Positions 40,901 to 54,805 are shown, counted from the first letter of the stretch. The stretch is 64,000 nt of DNA from Eledone cirrhosa (GCA_964016885.1 OZ024746.1:58156001-58220000); one strand, 5' to 3'. The notes: generated by a model not told the origin, from the sequence alone. Numbers and translations: made by a program.

Positions 40901-42774
40901 ATGGCTACGAAAAAGAAATTTCATACGTCACTCCCACTCATTCCGTCTTCTTCTTCCTCAATCATCACTACAGCAGAGAGAAGATTGTCTCTCTCCCTCC
41001 CTTCTTTAAATGTGTCTCTCTCCCTCCCTTCTCTTTCGCAAGTGACGAAAGAAAAGAAAAGTCTCGTGCAAAGCGTGCAAGGTTTCTCCACGACGACGAC
41101 GACAGCGACGAAACAGGTGTGCGGGAAATACTAAAACCCAGTTCATTCGTCTGACGCCAGGAGTAATAGCAGTAGCAGCCGTAATAACAACAGCAACAGT
41201 GACAATGAAAACAACAGTAGCAGCCGCAACAGCATCACCAGCAGCATAAACAACAACAGCATTGGCAGCAGCAACACCAACAACAACCACAGCAACAGCG
41301 GCGGAGGCAGTAGTCGTAGTACCTGCAGCAACAACAAAAGTACCAGCAGCTCTGACGACAACAACAACAGCAGCAGCAGAGAAAAACCAATCTCATTTGC
41401 AGGTATTGCGAAAAACTTGGAAACAATCCTCATAACAAATGAGGAATTAGAGGAAGCGAAGAAGATGGTGACAAAGAATGGACACCGAGCAATCTGTAAG
41501 GCAGCGGAAAAATTTTTCGAAACCCAAGAGCACTGTACGGTCACGTACCGTACAGTAAGTACAAAATCCCGTAGGGTGGAAAGAGCCACAGAGGCCCAAA
41601 TACAAAACCCTTGGGGTCTGTGTGGCAGCGGAAAACGCACATCACCCGAGGCAAAAAATATGCCACCGTAGACGTACTTTTTTCCACACCCCAGGAGGCA
41701 AAGGCCCAATCAGTAGTGACCCTAAGGAGCGAGGAAATGGTGTTGGTGCTCTCCTACTGCGGGCAAAAAATTGTGAGGGTCAAACTGACCCACGTCCCCC
41801 CCGGAATGGCCCCTTCTTGGCTGGCCGCGTCTGTCCTCGTCGGAATCGAGGACAAAACAACTGTACTGCAAGTACAGAAAAAAGTAAGAGAAGATTGGGT
41901 AGGCACCTCCATTGAGATGCTAATCCAAACCAACCAGGAGTGCATCGATGCCATCCCGGATGTGATAGACTTCGATAACAGCACTCAACTGCCCATAAGT
42001 GTTGAGGGCAAACGCCCGAAATGCTTTCGCTGTGGATCGAAGACTCACCTCAGGGCCTTCTGCAACGAGAAGACCCTGAGAAAGGAGAAAACCCCCCTCC
42101 TTCCGAATCCGGACCCACGGCTACCAGCAACAGGACAAGCGGCAACCAGGAACGATAGGTCCGTGGCACCCATACCCACTCCACGGAAATCAAAAACAGC
42201 AGCAGCAGTGGAAATATTAACAACAACAACAGCAATACCAAATGCAGCTGCAACAGAGACTCCAGTGCAAACATCACCAACAACAACAAGTGAAAGAGTG
42301 GAGCTAGTACCCCTCCCCGACCTCACAGAATCAGACATGGAGTGTGAGGTGGGAGAGGGATGGCAAAAGGTCGTAAGAAGGCACAAACGCAGAAGCAGCG
42401 CATCGTCGCCTTTGAAAAGGGAGGAAAGAAATGAGAAAAGAGTAAAGTCTACTGCAAAGAGACCCACAACAGCAACACCACCAACACCATCACCACCCAC
42501 ACTAGCACCACCATCACCACCGGCGACAACCCCACCGCCAACAACACCTTCAACACCACCACCACAAGCACCAACATCGCAAACACAACAACAAAACACA
42601 CACACCCAGCAACAACGACAAGAAAATAGCAGAACCACACCCCACCCCCAGAAAAACAAATGCACGGCAATAAATACACACAACAAGAAACTAATGACTT
42701 ACATAATTGAACACACAGACATTTCACAACAGGACTACATAATTAATACCAGCACCAATCAAAACGCCAACTAA
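40901..42774 (+). pseudogene. ORF1 (gag-like, CCHC knuckle), disrupted
   Basis: VEGKRPKCFRCGSKTHLRAFC in ORF 41611-42774; upstream pieces 40901-41134 and 41417-41671. Confidence 0.8.
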
Positions 42775-43041
42775 CATAAGACTGCTAAAAATAGCACAGA
42801 AACAATACACAAACATTAAAACGAAATTCCCCAACGCGGTTGGGGATTTCAGGGACCTAGGAGGAACCATCAATCGAAGAGTATATTCAGACATTCTCTT
42901 AGAAGAGCCGACGACCAGCCGAAGGGACGATTCAACGGTCCCTTCACCAGACGATCAAGTGAAAAGGGATGTAAAAACCATCCCTCCTCTACCAAAAGTA
43001 CGGTAAGTGGTCTTTCCCATCTTTTCCACTCAATTTTAAAC

Positions 43042-45390
43042 ATGACCTCACTCAGAATAGGCAGCATAAATGCTTGGGGTCGTCATGGAAGCAGGGTCAC
43101 CTGCTCAACGACCTCAGGTCACTAAACATAGATGTAGTGGCCATCAGCGAGACCAGAATCTCCGAAGCACGGGCCTTCGCACCGATCTTCGGCGGCTACG
43201 ATGTGTACGCATCTCCCAGCCGTCCTGGATCGGGTGGAGGATTTGCTGTGCTTTTTCGGAGAGGTTTGGATCTCGCCATACGGGCCATCTTCCTGGACCC
43301 AGAGGGTAAGCTGGTGGTGCTGGACGTGACCAGCGGAGACGGGCAAGCTTTCAGGCTAGTGGCCGTCTATGCCCCGACAGGAGCAGGGCGGCCTGATTTC
43401 TTCCGGCGTCTGGAGACCATTCTTGGAACGTCCCGCTCTTTAGTGTTAGTGGGCGACTGGAACGGGATCTTAGATGCACGCTGGGACTGTGTGGGATTAG
43501 CGGATAGGGGTGGATGGTGCAAGAGCCTCACCAACCTGCTCAGGCGTTTTGAACTGTCTGACAGGTACCGATTGGATTTCCCGAATGTGCCAATGTGGAC
43601 TTGGACAAACCGCATAGGGTCATCCAGATCATATCTAGATAGAGTATTTTGTAGGGAAATAGATAGGTCTAGCATAGGCTGTCCACAATTCAAGATAGTC
43701 AGCTACACGGACCACAAATTCGTGATCTGTGTGCTTGACTTAGATAGGCTTCATAGACGAGGACCCGGCTACTGGAAGCTAAACGCGTCCTTACCAGCGC
43801 GCAAGGTCTACAGAGACCGGATTAGCGAACTAGTTAGGCGGGCGTTGACGGGTGGCCATCATCAACAACAAGTGGTGGTTTGCTCTGAAAAGAGCGATTA
43901 GAATAGAATCGATTAGGTTTAGTAAGGCTTTAGCAATAGAGAAAAATAGAGCAGAGGGAGAATTAGTTAGAAAGTTAGACGAGGCGCTTAGCAAAGGCAT
44001 CGCGACCGACGTACTTGCGGCGAAATTGGCCCTTGACCAATTCTTCAATGCAAAGCACGAAGGCTGCGTTGTCAGAGCTAGGGTGCGTGCTCTCAGACAC
44101 GAGAGGACGAAAGCCGTTCAATGGGCCCGAGTGGCAGAGGCGCATCCTGGCAACAAAGCCACGATCCGGTCTTTGGTGGACCACGACGGGCGCATGCTAC
44201 TCGATCCCGGGCAAATGTGTGAAGCTTTTCAGCGACACTTCGCTCAACTGTTCGGGGGCAGTGGCGGGCCGGATCGAGGGATGGACTTTAGTGTCTACCT
44301 CGACGGACTGCCGCGACTTTCGGCCACTGAGGCGGAGTGTTGCGAAAAGCCGATAACAACCGCTGAAGTACGGGATGCAATGACTAGTTGCACAAGGGGT
44401 AAATCGCCTGGTTTGGATGGTCTGCCCTATGAACTTTACGTACAAATGCCAAACTTGTTCGGAGGCCTCTTGGCGGACGTCTACTGCAACTGGCAACAGA
44501 ACGGGAGAATTCCCAGCTCTGTGAGCCGAGGAGCGGTGGCGCTGCTGAGAAAGGATCCGAACAAGGGGGATAACATAGATAATTTTAGGCCCATAACTCT
44601 GCTAAACACAGAGTTCAAGATTTTGGCCAAGGTGCTAGCAAAGAGGTTGGCGCTTGTCGTTGGTGGTCTGGTGGGAGAGGCACAGACATGCGCCATTCCC
44701 GACAGATCCATGCACGACAACCTCCACCTCATGCGATACATCGTAGAGAGGGTAGCTAGGGAACCTGGCACGTTCTATATGGGATTAGTGGAGGGGAAGA
44801 GCGACGACGTACTTGGAGAAATTCTAGGCGTCGACGAAAATCAACTAGCCAATCTCTTCGGAAGGACTTTCGGGCCGGGGCCTATGGACAACTTCCCGAA
44901 CTGGCAGTGCTACCGAGTAGCGTTGCCAGTTCGGGATAAACTCTACAGGCATGGAGGTCCCGTCAGCCGGGCATCTCCGAGATGCGCGCAGGGCGACGAA
45001 ACCGTCCTGCACGCACTCGTCCAGTGTCCGAGCATTGCTGGCTTGTGGGTTTATGTCGAATACCTGCTGTCACGTGTAGGACGGATCCAGCTATCAGCTG
45101 AGTCCATCGTGAGGATTGCCCCGCCCCCTTCCTTTAGCCGGGAAGGGCAGGCAGTTTTTATCTGTCTGGAGGCCATGGCGAAAGAGATAGTATGGTGGAC
45201 ACGTTTGAAAGGGCTGAAGACGAGCACTTACCTCTTCGGTGATGCCCTGATTAACTTTTTCAAATTTCATTTGAAAAGGAAAATCAGGGTAGAGAGGGAA
45301 GTGCTCTCTTCCCAGCATTTTGTTGAAAGATGGGTGAGAGAAGCAAGTATGGCCCGAATGAATGGGCCTTCTCTGAGTATGTGTCTGTAA
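43042..45390 (+). pseudogene. ORF2 (APE endonuclease plus truncated RT)
   Basis: DVVAISET, VYAP, GDWN, SYLDR, TDH, GYWKLN, KSPGLDG, FRPITLLN; RT domains after the HDN motif are missing. Confidence 0.9.
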
Positions 45391-45632
45391 ATTAAAGTGG
45401 AAAACTGGGAGAGGGCACTTGCCCTGGTGGTCAAGGCCACTGTGGTCTTTTAATGGGCTTTCTCCACAGATGTCCCTCGGAAGACTCCCCCCTATTGGGG
45501 AATTTTTCTTTGTTATTTTATTTCACCCTCTGTTTTTTTACACGCAGAAATGCCCATTTTGTACCGTCCTGTATTGTCCTGTACTGTCCTTAATGTCTAC
45601 TTTATGTAAACCCTTGTGGTTAATAAAGAAAA

Positions 45633-45690
<58 letters not shown>

Positions 45691-48600
45691 GGCGACCTAC
45701 GTAGTAAATCGTATCATCGTGAGCTCCGCAAAGATTTGTTATTTTCAGTTGTTTAAAATTGCCATTCATGGAAACTTTTTATTGTTAACTGTATATAAGT
45801 GCACATACATGGATTTCTGAAAAGGACACTCAAAAATATTGGGGCCTTGAGCACAAAATTTAAACTTTTTATAACTATCAAACAAAAATTTTTCTTTCAA
45901 AAATCGTGGCTGACTCAGAGTCACGCCTTCCTCACAATCTAACACCTCACACCGACACCACCATTGTAAATATTGCTACGTTTGACAACACTGGAAATGT
46001 AAGCCGTAGCAATATTTTAAATTTGTCTCAGGCAGACGTTCATTTCCAGCCATTACCAATGACTGCATGTGTTAAAGCCGCCACAACCGTCACCACCGCG
46101 ACAACCACCACCCCCACCACCACCACAGCGACAACAGAAACAAAAGAAAAAATTAAATTAACTCGTGATATCGAAATGAATTGAACCAAAATGAACTCTT
46201 CCACACTGAACACCACTGACGCCACCACCACCACCACACCTGAAACTAAAATTAACAATAGCAAAAATAACGATAACAACAACAGTAACAATGAAATTAA
46301 GAAAACTACCCTGAGTTTTGCCAGCTTAGCAAAAACGTGCGAAGCGATCCAGGTAACTCAGGAGCAATTAGAAGAAGCCAAAGGAATGGTAAAGAAAGAT
46401 GGGTACAGGACAGCCCCACCCCCCACATAATAAAATGGAGCAATGTCGCCTATGCACCGTGTCTTATCAGACAATTAACATAAAATCGCGCCAAGTGGAA
46501 CGGGCATCCGAGTCCCAAATCCCAAAAGCTTTGGGATATGTGTGGGGAAAAAAACCCACATTAGACGTGGGCAGAAGTATGGAACCGTGGACGTGTTCTT
46601 CGAAACACCACAGGATGCCAGAGAACACTCCATGGCCCCATTAAGAAGTGACGACTTCACACTCGCCCCAAGCTATTGTGGCCAGAGACTTGTGAAGATC
46701 AGGGTGACTCACGTTCCACCGGCCATCGAAATTCCCTGGCTAATGGCTGCCGTCCTCGCCGGCATCGAGGCCAACACCAAGATAATTGAAATAGCGAAAG
46801 AAAAGCAGGAGAACTGGTCCGGATCTGGGATGGAGCTCCTGACCCAAACAGACCATAAAAGCATTGAGATCCCAGAGGTAATAGACCTCACTGACGGCAG
46901 CCACCTCACCGTAATCGTCGAGGGCAGAAGACCTAGGTGTGTCGTTTGTGGTGATGGAACCCATAAAGAAAAAATTCTCTTCCTTCCCCCTCCAAAAACA
47001 GAGGGAAACAAATAAATTATCAAACAAAAAAGTTAGGACAGATATGCCACCATCCACACCAGCATCACCAACCCCATCACCACAAACACCAACACCATCA
47101 CCATCATTAACCCCAACACCATCATCACTATCACCACAAAAGTCAACAAAAAGCGTAACAGAAACAAACCCACAACAAACGCAAACAAAACAAAACAACC
47201 AAAACGATACACACTACACAGCATTAAATTTGAACAACAACCAATTATTACACTACATGCAACACAACACCAGCATCACAGTAAAAGACTACACAACAAC
47301 CCAAAAGTTCACACAACATCCATCCGTACAAATCACTCGCTTCACACAGAAAACGTACACGACACCAAAACATAAATTCCCCAAAGACATCGCAGACTTC
47401 CGACAAACACTTAGGCACAAGCAGTGAAAAGGATGGACAAACCATCCTTCCTCTACGAGAAGTAAGGTAAGTGGTCTTTCCCATCTTTTCCACTCCATTT
47501 CAACATGACCTCACTCAGAATAGGCAGCTTAAGTGCGCGTGGCTTGGGGTCGTCATGGAAGCAGGGCCACCTGCTCAACAACCTCAGGTCACTAAACATA
47601 GATGTAGTGGCCATCAGCGAGACCAGAATCTCCGAAGCACAGGCTTTCGCACCGATCTTCGGCGGCTACGATGTGTACGCATCTCCCAGCCGTCCGGGAT
47701 CGAGGATAGGATTTGCTGTGCTTTTTCGGAGAGGTTTGGATCTTGCCATACGGGCCATCTTCCTGGACCCAGAAGGTAAGTTGGTGGTGCTGGACGTGAC
47801 CAGCGGAGACGGGAAAGCTTTCAGGTTAGTGGCCGTCTATGCCCCGACAGGAGCAGGGCGGCCTGATTTCTTCCGGCGTCTGGAGACCTTTCTTGGAACG
47901 TCCCGCTCTTTAGTGCTAGTGGGCGGCTGGAACGGGATCTTAGATGCACGCTGGGACTGTGTGGGATTAGCGGATAGGGGAGAAGAGTGCAAGAGCCTCA
48001 CCAACCTGCTCAGGCGTTTTGAACTGTCTGACAGGTACCGATTGGATTTCCCCGAATGTGCCAATGTGGCCTTGGACAAATCGCATAGAGTCATCCAGAT
48101 CATATCTAGATAGAGTATTTTGTAGAGAAATAGATAGGTCTAGCATAGGCTGTCCACAATTCAAGATAGTCAGCTACACGGACCACAAATTCGTGATCTG
48201 TGTGCTTGACTTAGATAGGCTTCATAGACGAGGACCCGGCTACTGGATGCTAAACGCGTCCTTACCAGCGCGCAAAGCCTACAGAGACCGGATTAGCGAA
48301 CTAGTTAAGCGGGCGTTGACGGGGGCCATCATCAACCACAATTGGTGGTTTGCTCTTAAAAGAGCAATTAGAATAGAGTCCATTAGGATTAGTAAGCCTT
48401 TAGTAATAGAGAAAAATAGAGCAGAGGGAGTATTAGTTAGAAAATTAGACGAGGCGCTTAGCAAAGGCATCGCGACCGACGTATTTGCGGCGAAATTGGC
48501 CCTTGACCAATTCTTCAATGCAAACCACGAAGGCTGCGTTGTCAGAGCTAGGGTGCGTGCTCTCAGACACGAGGGGACGAAAGCCGTTCAATGGGCCCGA

Positions 48601-51152
48601 GTGGCAGAGGCGCTTCGTGGCAACAAAGCCACGATCCGGTCTTTGGTGGACCACGACGTGCGCATGCTTCTCGATCCTGGGCAAATGTGTGAAGCTATTC
48701 AGCGACACTTCGCTCAACTGTTCGGGGGAAGTGGCGGGCGGGATCGAGAGATCTACTTTAGTGTCTACCTCGACGTGCTGCCGCGGCTCTCGGCCACTGA
48801 GGCGGAGTGTTGCGGAAAGCCGATAACAGCCGCTGAAGTACGGGATGCAATGACTGGCTGCACAAGGGGTAAATCGCCTGGTTTTGATGGTCTGCCCTAT
48901 GAACTTTACGTACAGATGCCAGTCTTGTTCGGAGGCCTCTTGGCGGACGTCTACTGCAACTGGCAACACAACGGGAGAATTCCCAGCTCTGTGAGACGAG
49001 GTGCGGTGGCGCTGCTGAGAATGGATCCGAACAAGGGGGATAACATAGATAATTTTAGGCCCATAACGCTGCTAAACACAGAGTTCAAGATTTTGGCCAA
49101 GGTGCTAGCAAAGAGGTTGGCGCTTGTCGTTGGTGGTCTGGTGGGAGAGGCGCAGACATGCGCCATTCCCGACAGATCCATCCACGACAACCTACAACTC
49201 ATGCGATACACCGTAAAGAGGGTAGCTAAAGAACCTGGCACGGGTGGGTCCTTGATCAATTTAGATCAGTCGAAAGCTTTCGATAGGGTCGACCATCGTT
49301 ACCTAGCGGCAGTGCTGAGAGCGGCTGGCTTTGGGCCCGTCGTCAGAGGCTGGATCGCTGCCATGCACAGCAACATCTGCTCTGTGGTGAGAGTGAACGT
49401 TCACCTTTCGGAACCGTTCAACATCATGCGCTCGGTCCGCCAAGGATGTGCCCTCTCGTCCCTCTTGTACGTATTGACTCTCGAGCCATTACTGGACAAA
49501 CTGGAGACGTTGAGGGGGGTCCCGCGCGAACTAGGATGCGGAAGTTCCGTGTCACCTTAGTGGTGTCGAACGTCAAACACATCAAGGCGATCGGCACTAC
49601 ACTAAGAGAATACGAAGCGGTGAAAGGAGCAATGATCAACCAGGTAAAGTCAGTGGGACTGCAGCTCGGCACCTGGAGAGGCAGGTCCATGCTGTTCAAC
49701 AGCGTCGTCGGTCGCTGGACGGACGGATCAGTTAAATTGCTCGGGATCTGGTTCGGTCCAGACCTCCAGACGGACAAAATCTGGGACGAGGTGACGAGCA
49801 GGGTGGGTTCTCTCAATAGAAATGGGCCGAGAGGAAGCTATCCCTGAAAGTTCGAGCGTAGGTGGCTAACGCGTATATCGCGTCCGTTATCTACTACCGC
49901 CTGAACGTCCTATCTTGTCCTAAGCTCCGCCTGACTGCGCTGGAGCGTTTGCTCTTTCGCTTTTTGTGGAAGGGATGCTGTCCAATGGTCAGGCGGTCCA
50001 TCTGCTGTCAACACCCGCTACGTGGAGGGCTGGGAATGCCGTGGCTGATGATGCATAGACATGCGCTCAGGCTACGACATCTCCACCTCTTTCTCGACGG
50101 TGATCAGGTGTGGTCTCCGTTTGCTAGACGCGTCTTTCCCCAGCTCGTCTCCTAGACGGAGCTGCAGTCCTGGGTCAAGCAAAGACCGAGAGGGAGCGCT
50201 TGGAAACTGGAATGTCTTCAGGCGCTCACAGCCCTCGACAAATCGGGCAATGTGATCGGTGGAAACTCCACCTTGGCGTTCTATAGAGGATTAGTGGAGG
50301 GGAAGAGCGACGACGTACTTGGGGAAACTCTAGGCGTCGACGAAAATCAACTAGCCAAATTGTTCGGAAGAACTTTCAGGCCGGGGCCTATGGACAACTT
50401 CCAGAAATCCCTGGCAGTGCTACCGAGGAGTTTTGCCAGTTCGGGATAAACTCTACAGGCATGGAGGTCCCGTCAGCCGGGCATGTCCGACATGCGCGCA
50501 GGGCGACGAAGCCGTCCTGCACGCACTCGTCCTGTGTCCGAGCATTGCTGACTTGTGTGTTTATGTCGAACACCTGCTGTCGCGTGTAGGACGGATCCAG
50601 CTATCAGCTGAGTCCATCGTGACGATTGCCCCGCTCTCTTCCTCTAGCCGGGAAGGGCAGGCAGTTTTTATCTGTCTGGTGGCCATGGCGAAAGAGATAG
50701 TATGGTGGACACGTTTGAAAGAGCTGAAGAAGAGCACTTACCTCTTCGGTGGTGCCCTGATTAACTTTTTCAAATTTCATTTAAAAAGGAAAATCAGGGT
50801 AGAAAGGGAAGTGCTCTCTTCCCAGCATTTTGTTGAAAGATGGGTGAGAGAGGCAAGAATAGCCCGAGTGAATGGGCCTACTCTGAGTATGTGTCTGTAA
50901 ATTAAAGGTGGAACACTGGGAGAGGGCACTTGCCCTGGTGGTCAGGGTCACTGTGGCTTTTTAATGGGCTTTCTCCACGAATGTCCCTCGGAAGTCTCCC
51001 CCCATTGGGGAATTTTTTCATTGTTCTATTATTACATCCTCTGTTTCTTGTTTTTTGCACGCAGAAATGCCCATTTGTACCGCCCTGTATTGTCCTGTAC
51101 TGTCCTTAACGTCTGCTTTATGTAGACCCTTGTGGTTAATAAAGAAAGCATT
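45691..51152 (+). mobile_element. L1/Tx1-like LINE, copy 2 (near full length, frameshifted, YADD missing)
   Basis: ORF1 pieces 45906-47427; ORF2 pieces 47505-50900 with LDQSKAFDRV and VRQGCALS; same 3' tail as copy 1. Confidence 0.9.
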
Positions 51153-51334
51153 GTGAATTGGCAGTATCGGTAGAGGGTTGGATGCCATGCTTTGTTGCAT
51201 AGAGTTACGGCCTTTGCCATTCTGAGTTCAAATCCCGCCGAGGTTAACTTTGCCTTTCATCCTTACGGGGTCGATAAAATAAAGTATCAGTAATGCACTG
51301 GGTAATTGCTGGCCTTGTGCCAAATGTAGAAACA

Positions 51335-51376
<42 letters not shown>
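51153..51376 (+). mobile_element. SINE family A with (ATT)n tail
   Basis: A and B boxes and core as at 1133. Confidence 0.9.
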
Positions 51377-51379
<3 letters not shown>

Positions 51380-53221
51380 AATAATATTTCATTAATGATA
51401 ATATTAATGTTTTGTTTTAAGTTAGTTTTTTCATTCATAACATCAATCAAAGCAGCATAGCAACTGGTACTAAAACATTTTTCTGAAAATGTGTTTAGCA
51501 CTTCATGGATGCGGTGGCATGTTTATGATGTTTGGTTTCTAATTTGCAATAGTCAATTAGATTCTGGCCTGATCATATTATTCATCGGCATCATACGTAT
51601 AAATTTCGTCGCTATTTAAATATCTATCTGAAGAGTCTGTTATAGATTAATGTTATTTCAATTGGATTTTAGGCGGTTGACCTAGTCATTAGGGATGAGA
51701 TTTGGTTCGGTTTCATCTCCAATAGCCATCACATGTCGTATTTCTTGATATATACATTGAGTGTAATTGGACAGGCAGTCAAACAGTAATATTCCGGATT
51801 CAAACCAGTAAAAATATCCGTCAAGAACAGTTAAATACTATTTCAGATATTACATTTAGTTTAGAAATATATTGTCCAAAGCTGCAATACGCATATAAAA
51901 AATATCTGGAGACTAGCATTTGTTACATCAGTTGAAATGGAGTGTAGCTTTAAAAACTAAAATATGTTTTATATTCTGAGATGTAAGAAAACATTATAAT
52001 CCTGATCATGATTAAAATCACGAAACGATAATCTGGGATAAAACCTTGAAGAGAATCAACACAGTCAGTCTTGTCATAAAAAATGAAAGAGATTTACTCA
52101 TGTGAAACTTGTATAATGAATAAATGAATGCATCTTTATTAGTTAAATATTCGTAATTACAATGTTATTGGGTGACATTGGTCAAATATAATTCGACGGG
52201 TTACATAGTAGAGGCCGTGTACTAAAATATTTATATTTTCAATTTGTGATAGAGATATAGCCTTGCGTATTTTTCAGATCAATGATTACACCCTTCTTTG
52301 GTTTCTATTAAAATTTAAGAAAATTGTCAGTGCGAGTAAGACATCATCAGCAAACTTTAACACATGGACTACGATATCAAAAAAGTAATGCTCATTCAAG
52401 TTGAAACAGTCTTTATACAATCCTAACATTCTATCCACGCTAGTGTAATTTTGGGAAACATTGCGACAGAAACAGCGAAAAACGGAAATTGGATTTTCAG
52501 AATTGAAGGCTGTTATTTGAAATTCTCGGCGTTAAATATGTATTCTTCTCTAGCGAAGAATTCCATGATCGCGCAACTGTCATTTCATTGTCTATAAAAT
52601 ATATATTATCAACGAATTGTAATGGATTTAATAAACTATAAATGCCACTGCTGTTACTGCTGTGATATATTCATAGAGATTTGACAATATGAGAAATAAA
52701 TGTCTGCATATACGTAGATGTAAATGATTGAGATTGATGCTGTGCCTTCAGGTAAGCCGAATGTGATGCGTGATTAAAAGGACTGATTTTTTATCGATAT
52801 CTTTAATGCCATCGTATGTAGGTAGCAGATCGAATCCACCACAAGGTTTAAGAAAACTAATGTATCATGTGTGCCTTTTGCGGGCGTAATTCTCCAGCAT
52901 ATTATATATTTAGCCTCAGGTCTCTAGTCAACTGATAGTTTGGTGTCATCGTGCTTTAGTTCTTAAGACAACAGTCCATGTTTCATCCCAAGCCTTTACG
53001 CTCATGAATCAAATTTCATTTAAATGGTTATCATACCTACCACCATAATTATTTGAAATACAGATGTACCATTCTATTCTTTACATTTGTCTCTAATATG
53101 ACAAAGTGGTGGTTCACAAAATGATCGATATCGTCACGCAAGCAAGATATTATATTTTTCATGTTCACTCTGCTCTGTTCCAATCATTGACTTTCATTAT
53201 TCTCAAGGTCGACTCAATTAT

Positions 53222-53295
53222 TACCGTCCTATATTGTTCTGTGCTGTCCTTCATGTTTCACTTTTTGTCAATCCTTGTGGTTAATACAGAAACCC
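53222..53295 (+). mobile_element. Old Tx1-like 3' tail remnant
   Basis: taccgtcctatattgttctgtgctgtcctt..ccttgtggttaatacagaaa. Confidence 0.6.
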
Positions 53296-54805
53296 TTATT
53301 TTCAAGGTCGATAAAAATCTACAAGACAGTAGGATTGTTTAAAAACATGCCTTACGGTAGCTTTTCTTGATACTTGCATTCTGCGTCCAAATCCCGCTTC
53401 TTGTCTCCCAGAAATTATTGATGTTTCCTGCTGGAGTTGCGGCCTATAAATATTATCAGCGATGAAAATAAAATCCTTATATAAGGAAATGCGCATTTGC
53501 TTGGAAATATGCCCATCTTGGTATCGTTTACTTTACATAATTAAGCATTCAAATAAAACAAAGCCAATATATGCAACCATTTCATGTAATGTATTATAAA
53601 TATTCAACCCTCTCTCTGTGTAACCAAAGCCAATCTTTTTTATCGTATCATGTAGGTGCCGCTTGGTAGAATGTAGTAAATAATGAGTAGGTAAACGAAA
53701 ATACGTCGATAGAAATATATTAAATTTTTCAATGAAAAATGAAATAGTACATTATGAAATAGAAGAAAACTTTTCAAATTAAATATTAAATTCGGTTCAA
53801 GACAATATTTTAGTAAAGAAGTATTGTTTATTTATAGTGTCAGGTTGTGGTAAAATAATACGAGGAAAAACATAGAATCGATGGTTTATTAAACTACTCT
53901 CAGTGATCTCCCATACTGTTTCATACTGCTTCGCTCATATTTCATAAATGCGTTATCCCACAAGAACACAGACACCAAATTTTCCCACATTTTTTATTGT
54001 TTTGTTTAATATACGCTCTAATACATGTTCTATCTTCCCCTCTCACTCACGTATTGATTCGTGTAAGTTGTGAAATGACTCGTTTATGCCTGTGGTTGGT
54101 CCAAATATCTAGAATTCGATCTCTAACCAACGCGCTAACACTATATTGCTGTTTAATCGCCTGTTAGCATTTAATGTCTGGAAAGGTTTTAGGCACTATC
54201 ATTGTTACTGTCAAACTATTTCTCGCCATGGTACTTGGAGACAGGAGCTTGGAGCCGAATGCTACCATTCTATTGTACAGCGATTGATTTTCTTTAATAA
54301 CCGAGTTTTCGTTCATTCCATAATTTGTGTTTGATATACGTCGGTTTAGTGCTTATGGTGAAAGCGGAACTATTTGAATTCTGTCACCTACCGTCAGGTA
54401 AATTTCTGAAATATGGGCCAATCGGTTGATGGCATTGTGAATATGCGTAGGGATTTCAGTTGTCAATGTTTTACTGTGTTGACCGTCACATTCACTGTCA
54501 TAGCCGACACAGACCGGAATCGAATTATGTCGATCCATAGGCTATTGTGTAGGCGAAACCCGCTGATGAAGTCACATGCGCCGATTGTGTATTGATGCAT
54601 AATAAATGCAACCAGTGGATGTTGTGCACTCTATTGCTGCATTACGTGTGGCGGAAACTCGAATACGGGTATAATGTGAAGGTATCCATTTACGCGTGCT
54701 GTATTGAAGCGAATAACTATGTGTCTACTACGGGATTTTACATAACATTACCTATTGAATACGCTGAGATACAACCAGTACTAACAGTGAAACCCATGCT
54801 ATTCC

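Larger units (their letters stand above)
40686..45632 (+). mobile_element. L1/Tx1-like LINE, copy 1 (RT core deleted)
   Basis: 5' UTR, broken ORF1, APE endonuclease, partial RT, C-terminal Cys/His region, AATAAA and (TTA)n tail. Confidence 0.9.

Noticed and set aside
41143-42727. Leu/Val/Cys-rich minus-strand ORFs
   Set aside because: Antisense of the CAA/CAG/CCA-rich ORF1 low-complexity region
54550-54600. Isolated GAAA/CTGATGA motifs (also near 14581, 21785, 22045, 59205, 59903)
   Set aside because: No compatible stems or second core box in the right order
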